From Candidatus Omnitrophota bacterium (GTDB lineage Bacteria; Omnitrophota; Omnitrophia; Omnitrophales; JACROU01), in NCBI GenBank assembly GCA_029261035.1, contig JAJDCD010000004.1:4765-68764 (forward strand): a stretch of DNA of 64,000 bases, in the 5' to 3' direction. A model generated the notes under the pieces. The model saw only the letters and a program-made list of their open reading frames with translations. It was not told where the DNA came from and did not search any database. The translations under genes were made by a program, and so were the position numbers. Below, one piece after another: positions 26,601 through 35,600 of the stretch. Every line of letters begins with the position of its first letter. Position 1 is the stretch's first letter.

Positions 26601-29600
26601 TAAATCGTTTGCAATGCATCATTACCACCCGTTGAAGTAAAAAAGCGAATCGGAATTCCTGCATCTCTAAAAGACTGCACTACTGCTAAAAAGTCATTAA
26701 TATTAATAGCGTTAGTTGGGATCTCGGTCATCATTCCAATCTGAACCAAATTCGCTAATTCCACATTGGATATCCCTAAATTTTCACCTACCTTAAGAAA
26801 ACGTTCGATCATTTGTTTTAAATCTGAAGGACGACGCACAATAGGAGCAAAGATACCGATTTTGTGCCTCTTGAGCATCGCAACACGAATCATTGCTTCA
26901 AGTTGCCATTCCATCGTTGGCGAATCTAAAAGAAGCTCTAAACCACGATACCCTTTCATCGCATTCAGTTCTTCTTTTACAAATAATTCGGATCCCTTAA
27001 CAGCTTTGTATTCATCCGATTTTCTATCATCCAATCGAATTTTTAAATGCTTGTCTAAAAGACCTATAATTTCTTCAATTAATACCCTGACATTTGGATC
27101 ATCTTGTGCTTCTTTTAAAATTTTCAACGATGTTAATAGAGGATCCGAGCTGTGCCCTAACCCTACTTCATACATCTGTTCTACAATGTCTTTAACTGCC
27201 AATCTTAACTGTTTATCTTGAATCTGCTGATAGCGATAAGCGACCTCAACAAAATCAGGATTTAAAGGTTCAGCAGTAGCCAGAATACCCTGGGTAATAA
27301 TCGATTGATAAAAATGTTGCCCCGAGTTATATCCGGCAATCTGTTCTTCAATAAACTGAATTAGTTTTACATTTTCTTTGCGGTTTAAAATATATTTAGA
27401 AGCCACACCTTCCTCTAGCTCTCCCTTTTCTTGGGCCACCATATTGTCATAAGCAAGTAATGCATCCGTATAAATACCAATATTTGCTAAATCAATCTCA
27501 AGTCGTTTCAACCCAACACCTTCATAACTAGGAATATTACGGGTCGCATAACTAGCCAAAGATTTTTCAGGAGAAGCCACAATAGATGCCGACCGAGTTG
27601 AACCATAAGGCGTATTTGGAATATCTCGAACAGAAAAGTCATTCCCTGCAATCTTAACTTTATGATCATAACCCAACAAAATCTTACCGCGCTCAGCATC
27701 AACGGTGATTTGCATACCCTCTTTCAACACAGTCATCAACTGATCCGAAGTTCCTGTAACCGCCACTAAACCATACTCAGAAGCAACAATCATCGTATGA
27801 GAATTTTGCCCTCCAAGGATCGCAATAACACCTTTAGCCTCTAGCATCGCACGATTCATATCGGGATCGGACTGAAAAGTCGCTAAAATTTTACCCTTAG
27901 CTTTAGCTAGCTCTGCAGGGTCTGTTTTATCCAACACCCAAGCAACTTCACCTTGAGCCGTTCCACCCGTTTTCGCAATAAAAGTAAAATCAAGAACATT
28001 ACCTTCTAATTCAGCTTTTTTAAAAGCCTGATCTGTGACAACCACTCTTTTTAATTTAATTACATCCGGGTCTTGTAAACTAATAACTGTTTCGGGACGC
28101 GCTTGAGTACTAACCACATTCCAATCATATCGATCAAACCCCCGCTCGTCTTTTAAAATTTCTCCGTCTTCTCCAACTAATTTAATTGAAGTTCCTTTAG
28201 ATTCTTCTTTGGGTCTAAAAGCCCCTTCTAAGTCAACATAACCTTGTCCATAAAAACGGTCAATTTCACTTAAGAGTTCGGCATACTGTCCTAATAGTCT
28301 TTGATCTGTAACAGAGAACTCTCTTTTTTCTTCTTCTGTCAGAGGAAGCTCTACTTTCCCCATTCGATCTTCTGTTTCTACAATCTTATACCTTCTTTCT
28401 CCTTTTTGTCTGATGATCACAGCCTGTCCGTCAAGAGATAAGATAAACTTACTTCCACTTTCGTCTCCAGACACAATTTTTTCTCCCTGACCTTCATGAA
28501 TATTTGAAGAAATGGATGGGTAACCCGTTTGTTTATCCGCAGTCATAGCAACAAAGGATAGCTTACTTAAAAACATTCTTTGAAACAATGTACTAATTTC
28601 AACAGAATCATCAAAAGTAGGCAATCCTTCTAAGAATCGATAATCAATCGCTCGATTATTAAAAAGAGATGCTTGGTTAAAAACCCACTCGGTAATGAAA
28701 TTATCAACACCGGTCTCATCCATCCTCACAACACCATTCGCATTTACTTTTTGAACCCACTCTGGAGATGTTGCTGTCACAAAAATAGATGTGTCTTGCA
28801 TTCCTGCAAAAGAAGCCTCTTCTGAATCTTCCCCTACAGCAGAAGATCGAATTGCTAGAACGAGCTTGTCTAAAGAAATTTTTAAGCGCTCAGCAAGAAT
28901 CATAAGATTTTTCTTAATTTCTTCTTCTACTTTGGGAGGAACGACAAGGTTACGAGCAGTGTAAAGAAATTTATTTGAATTTCTTTGTGTTAAGTCATGG
29001 CGTTGCTCCGAATACTCTTTTGCTTCTTCTTCCAAACGTTGAATCGTTTTCTGTGACGCTTCAATCTCAGACTGCTTTCTCGCAATTTTTAGATTATTGC
29101 CGACTATCTTAATGCTATTAACCAGAATAACCGACTCTATAAACGCTTGGTTGAACACAAAAGTATTTGTAGCTTCATCATGGTCCACCAATTCGTCTTC
29201 CGTTTCACCCCATTTAATTTGGAATAATTGCTTATCTGTGCGATTTTTAAAAAAGTCTCTAATATTTTCATACAAGGTATTATCATCTCGATAAGCCCTT
29301 AACAAATCAATAGCAAGAGGAACAACGGTTTGAACATCTTCCAAAAATAGTTCAGGACGATGATTAATATAATTTAGTATCTCTATATCTTTCTTCAACT
29401 CCGAAATCCGACTTTTAACAATAGAAACTTCGGTTTCATTACTTTTTATCTTTTCTTTAATCTCGACAACACGTTGATCTAGAGACTTTCCTAGAAAAGC
29501 AAAGTAATCCGTAATCCCATCAATCTTATGTCCCTTAGCAGGATAATAATCTTGAATATCTAAAATGACTTCCGATAGAACCCCAATCACTTCTTGAATC

Positions 29601-32600
29601 ATCTTAGATAAAGGCTGTTTTTTCTTCTTGTCATCTAATTTTCTAAAAGTAACCCTCAACGCCTGAAGCTCTTCTCTTAAAATAATAGCTTCTTCATCCC
29701 CATTTTCAACCTTATCCAAAAATTGTTCTACAGAAAGACGTGTAAATTTCTTATATTTTTTCAATAAGTTTTGAAGCTGTGTAATATTTTGAATCAAGCT
29801 ATCAGAAATCACATCTGTCGTATTGTGCTCTAATAATTGCTTAAAACCTTGAGAGCCTGTAGCAAAATTTGCCAAAGTCACTGCTCTAGGGGTATACATC
29901 AATTCCCCTGTATGTGCCGTCTTACCACCAAAATTCACCTCATCTTGACGCTCAACTTCAACGTCCCATACAATAATGCGATCTTTAAATGCAGGATCAG
30001 CAACATATTCTGTTTTAAAACTATAACGCGCTGTCGTTGTCGTCTTATCTTCTATATCTTGAAGGCTTACTTCTGTCGTATCCGCTAATTTTTTCCTCAA
30101 GTCTTCCACATCTTCTTTTGTAATCACTTCTCTACGATCTATTTTATCTTCGTGTTGATTATGAAATGCATCAAGCAACACTTCTAACTCTTCAACATTA
30201 AAATCCCTCGTTGCATAAAACCCGTATTCATTTCGAAGCATTTGGTATAAACGAGGAGCATCTAAAATACGTCCTCGATGCATAAAATCAGAGATAATCA
30301 ATAAAATATCATTTTGATTTAAGAAATACCTATCCGAGACTTCTTTTGTATCATTCAACTTCACATTTTCTTTAATATCAAATATTTCTTTTGTATCTCT
30401 AAGTCGTGTTGAATGTTGACGTGTCAAACTCTGTTGCCCGCCTATTAATAAAATCCCTAAAACTTTTCTTTCCCCAGCACCCAACTCTTCACCTTGCTCA
30501 ATATGCCCAGCAATCATTGCTAACCATGACATAGCTATTTTCTTACGCCCTGTTTCTAACAAAAAGTCTACAAACTGCTGGTTTAATAATAAGGTTTTAG
30601 TTTCAAAATCAAAGTCATAGTACATATCTTCAGTTTTTCCTACAGCAACTGTAACTCCTTCTAAAACATCCCCGTATTTCCTAATATCTTTATATTCTTC
30701 TTTACTACCCCCATAAAGTCTAAAAAAGTTTACAGCTAAAGGTATCAGTTTTTGATGCTTATCAAATGCTACTCGCCCTTCTCGAATATCTTCAAAAGAT
30801 AGAACTTGCATATCTTTCGATGGTTCAGAAATAACCATAGCTGCTTTATATCTAAATTCTTTTGCTATTTCTTCTTCTGTTTTATGTCCATCTCTCAATT
30901 GTTCTGCCCACCAACTTAAATCTCCAGTAGTCATAACTCCCGATTGACCTACAACTCGATAACCCGTTTCTGCAGCCAAAGTTCGTATGGTTAACCTAAA
31001 CTGAAATTCCTTTATTAACTCATCTTCTGTTAATGCTTGAGTAGCCCACCATGCCAAATCACCATCCGATGCATGAGCAGAAAAAGGGTTTTCTGTAATT
31101 AAATCATATTCATCTGCAAGCGCTCGTATGGTTTCAAGATCTGTAACCTTTTCTCCCAAACTGCTAGCCCTACGTTCATAATTCTGCCCATTCCAATATA
31201 ATTTTATTTCTCTTGTTCTTTTATCCGCTTGTTTTGTAAATTCAAATTTCAAAACAACATCTCCAGCTTCTTTTTCTAACGTTAAGATGATAGACTCTAT
31301 ATATATTCCCGTCCCAATAGATGTATTAGTTCCTATCACTCCTCCTCCAGGCGCTGGAAATATGTCTTTTAATTTTCCATGCAACATATTTACTAACAAG
31401 CTTACATCCCCTATAATTACCGGAACTTCCCCTTTTTCTAGACTCGCTAAACCCTCTCTTACTTTATTAATTACTTCTTCCTTTTCTCCCAAACTGGATC
31501 CTACTTGCTTCTTAGCATCTATCGCTTGTTGAGCACGATGTGCAGCATACGCTTTAGCAAACTCAGTAATCTCTTCTTGATTAAAAAGAAATCGATACTG
31601 TTTTCTCTCAATCCATTGATAAATGTTAAATGCTTCATTTGGAATAAAACCATCTTTAGGTCTAAACCATCGTGAAAAACTAAATTTATGATTTTTAATT
31701 CTTCTTTTTTGATCTTCAAGAGAAGCCTTCACATCAAGATATTGAACATTCTTAATGTCAACTTCTACAAAATGATTGTCTCTCAATAATTGAGGAGTCA
31801 TCAGAGTAATATACCCAATTCCATGTCGGACTGGATCATACATATCTAACGCAACCAATTCATTTATAACTTTGCTCGATTTTGCTTCGAGAAATGTTTG
31901 AGCTTGTAATAATCGATCCGCTTGAGGATCCCTAATACGAGCTGAGGTCACAGCTTGAGTCCCATCATAAGCAGCTGCAAGAATACGAACCAATTTTTCT
32001 AAATAAGGGCTGTCTTTCAAACGTTCCACTAAGCTTTCCGGAGCTCCCGGTATAGAAGAAAGACTAATCTCAGCTTTTCGCTTTTCAGCTTGTATTTGAA
32101 TTAACTGATTAATTAAATCTTTTTCATCAAGTCCCCTACTAGCAAGTTCTTCAAAATCAGATTCTTTAAGAGGTTCAGAAAATAAATTTTTATCCGTTAA
32201 ATAAAATCGTTCCGCTAAATACTGTACTGTTTTGGGGTTTTCAATTACCCCAAGGCTTGAAGCTTCCGAAGACGCATCTTCACCTTCCAAAGCGGCTAAA
32301 AGACTTTGCCGTTCACCTGGCTCTTCAGTAAAAATCTCGATATAACCTTTAATTTCAGCCCATTCTGTACTTGTAAATAAAAGTCTATTTGTTTCCAAAG
32401 ATGGTAAAGCATCCATCTCCACCTTTTCACCTATACGAAACAAAGGAACACCTCCAACTGCACCGGAGTAAGCAACAGCTCCATCTACTTCCATTGGTTC
32501 TTTAGGGGATAATAATGCTATTGGGTAGTCCTCTTTAGCAATACCTGCTTCTTCATAAACTGGAAGTTTTTTTATTTCTGATTTAAATTCTTTTTCTTTA

Positions 32601-35600
32601 CCTGAAAGATATTTCAAAATCAAAGCAACTTGATCTGTTAAACCATTATTTGTATCACCAAACTTTTCTACTTTATTTTCTAAATAAATTAAAGCCAATC
32701 TAAGAACAACCTCAAGCAAAATAGGTTTGTTTTTCAACCGTTTATTGAAAGCACTTAATCCTGTTATACCGGTAAGCCCTCCGGTTAATTCTAAAATACC
32801 TAAGCTAGAAGCTTCCGTTTTATATTTTTCAGGATTATCTTTAATATCAAAAGCCAAAGAAAGAACGGTTTGATCCTCTGTTGAAATAAGTACTCGATAA
32901 CCTTGCTGTTGAAATCGATCCAGAGTTCCTTGCGCCCCGCCTTTCCATTCATATTGAGCAGAAGCACGGTTTAAAACATCCGCATAAATGGAAGCACTTC
33001 CATTCTGACTCACATAAACAAGCTGAAGGTCACCTTCTCCATTAGTTTTAGGGTGAATCAAGAATAGGCCACCTTTTCCCAACACAGATTTAAGTGCAGA
33101 AGGGTCAAATAGAGGTAATGATTCTATTTCAGATTTTAAAGCTTCTTTCTTTTCTATAACTACTGTTCTAAGAGCTTCTAAATAACCCTTAATTTTATCT
33201 GAGTCAGCAATGTTATGATTATTTACAGTATAAGGACCACTCATATACGCTAACTGAGTTATAACTTCAGACAAAACAGGCTTTTCAACAAGTCTTCCTT
33301 TTAAATTTTGCAACGTTTGAATCGCTGAACTTCCACGGCGACGAACTAAGTAAGAATCTGTATCATCCGGTATAGACAAATCTAAATATGGGATAAAGAG
33401 TGCCTTTTTTTCTTGCTTTCCAGCTTCTTCAATTTGTTTATTTCTTGAAAATATTTCCCCAAACCCCTCTAACAACAGATTGATATTTGCTCGAGAATCA
33501 TCCAGACGAATAAATAACCCAGCGCCACCTTGATCTTTTCTAAGCTCTGCCAAAGCCTTATAGGAAGCCTCAGCAAATGCATCTCGAACTAAATGCGAAG
33601 GTAATCCATGAAGATAAGACTTTGCAAAACCAATGGCTGGATTTGCTTCTAATGGCTGTTTAGGAACAAAAGAAATAATAATAGGAAAATACTTCTGAGG
33701 CTGAGACAATACTTGTTGATAACTAATATGTTGATCTCCTGTACCCTGCATCACCCATTCCATTCCCATGTTAATTAAAGCATCCCTTAAAGAATAAAAA
33801 CGATCTCCTTCTAAATAAATAAAAGGAATTATTTTCCTTCCGTCTTTCTCTGTAAAAATTTTAGCTTGCGATAACAAAAGAGATAAGGCGGTATCATCAA
33901 AAATTCGCTGAACTCTTCGCTCGTATCCAGGAACACCCCCTAAAAGCTCTCTTATCACTGCTTTTTTAGAAACCTCATCATATCGTCTCTTCACAGCACC
34001 CGGATTCCCTCTCTCTTCTTCTTGCAAAGCTTCTAACTCTGTCTTCAAGATTCCTTTTCCTAATTCCACAAAAGGTTGTCTTAAATATAAATTTTCTTGC
34101 AAAATTCTAGTGATCGGATTATCTAAGTCGCTCACATCTACAAAATTGGGATCCAATCCCTGAGAACGAATATCCCGAGCTATTAATCGAGTTCCTGCGG
34201 TATAAGTCATCCCATAGAACGTCGTAAACCATTCCCCTAATTTTTCAGCCGTATATTGACGTATTAAACGTAATTTTCTTTCTGGAACTAGTGAAGATTG
34301 ATTCACCGCCTGAAGTAATGAGTGATTTTCAAAAGGTTCTGAAGGAATTTGAAACACATTATAATCTGCGCTCGAAACTTCAAAATTACCTAAAGTAACT
34401 ACCAATCTCTTATCATCTTGAAAATAATTCTTCTTCTGGGCACCCCAGTCACTTTGTCTCACTGCAACCAAGTTTGCAAATCCAGCCTGCCAAATACTTT
34501 CATTAAAATTTTGTTCGATTGCTTTCCCAAACCAAAAAGCTTCATCTGGGACAACAAGAGCTATATCTTTATACCCACCATCCAAAACATGATGTGCCAA
34601 ACGATTTCCAATGTGAGTTCCGCCTCTAACCTTTTCAATACCTGCTTTTCTAACTTCCCAATAACGCTTCGAATCCAAATCATAGTAAGAGAGAAATGTC
34701 ATCATATGGAGGTCTGCTGTCCAACGGCCACCTACATTATTAAACATAGCTCCAAAACCAGGTGCATTTTCACCCAACTCCTCTTTCAATCCAGAATTCC
34801 GAATAAATGCCGATAGACGACTTTTTTCAGGGGTATCTACGGTCTCAAAAAACATATTTCCCAGAACTGTTCCTAACACATCTTTGATGTTTTCTTGAGA
34901 GATCTCCAAACCTTTATCTTTTGCTTTCAAAGCTAATAACTCCACAAAACTACTTGTTAAAAACCAATCTTTATTAATTGTAAATAATTTTTTTTGCTCC
35001 ACACCTTCTTTGTTTACATTAATTTCATTAAGTGTATTAAAAACTAAGTTAGAAAAAGAAACACCATCCAACGCTTTCTTCTCAGCCACCTTTTTTAACA
35101 ACACTTTAAAAATAGACTCAAACACCATCATCGTTTCATCCGTAGAACCTGATTTAGAACTAGGAATCAAAGCAACCTCCTCCCAATCCGCACCTAACTG
35201 AGCCAATTGACTTTCGATAGAAACTTCAAAGTTTTTTCCTAATTCGTATTCACCAACAATAATGGATTCTTTTTCAGAAGGATCTTTAAGCTGTCCAAAC
35301 ATCGTGGCTATACCTTCAAACGGCGTATGTTGTCCACCAATGCCTGTTTTTATAATTAAACGAATTTTCTTATCTGGATCAACAGCACTCAGTTTCTTAT
35401 TTCTATTAGCAAAAAATTCTCGCATCATCTTAACTACACCGAGGAAAATTTCTTTTCCACCATTCACATAGTATCCTTCATTCCCCTCGTCACCCATTGC
35501 GTGGGACCCATCATTCACAGCACCTTCTGGCACACCATAGCCCTCTTGTTCATAGCCGCCCTGTGTGAAACGTTTCTTCAGGCCAGAATCTCCTCCTGCG

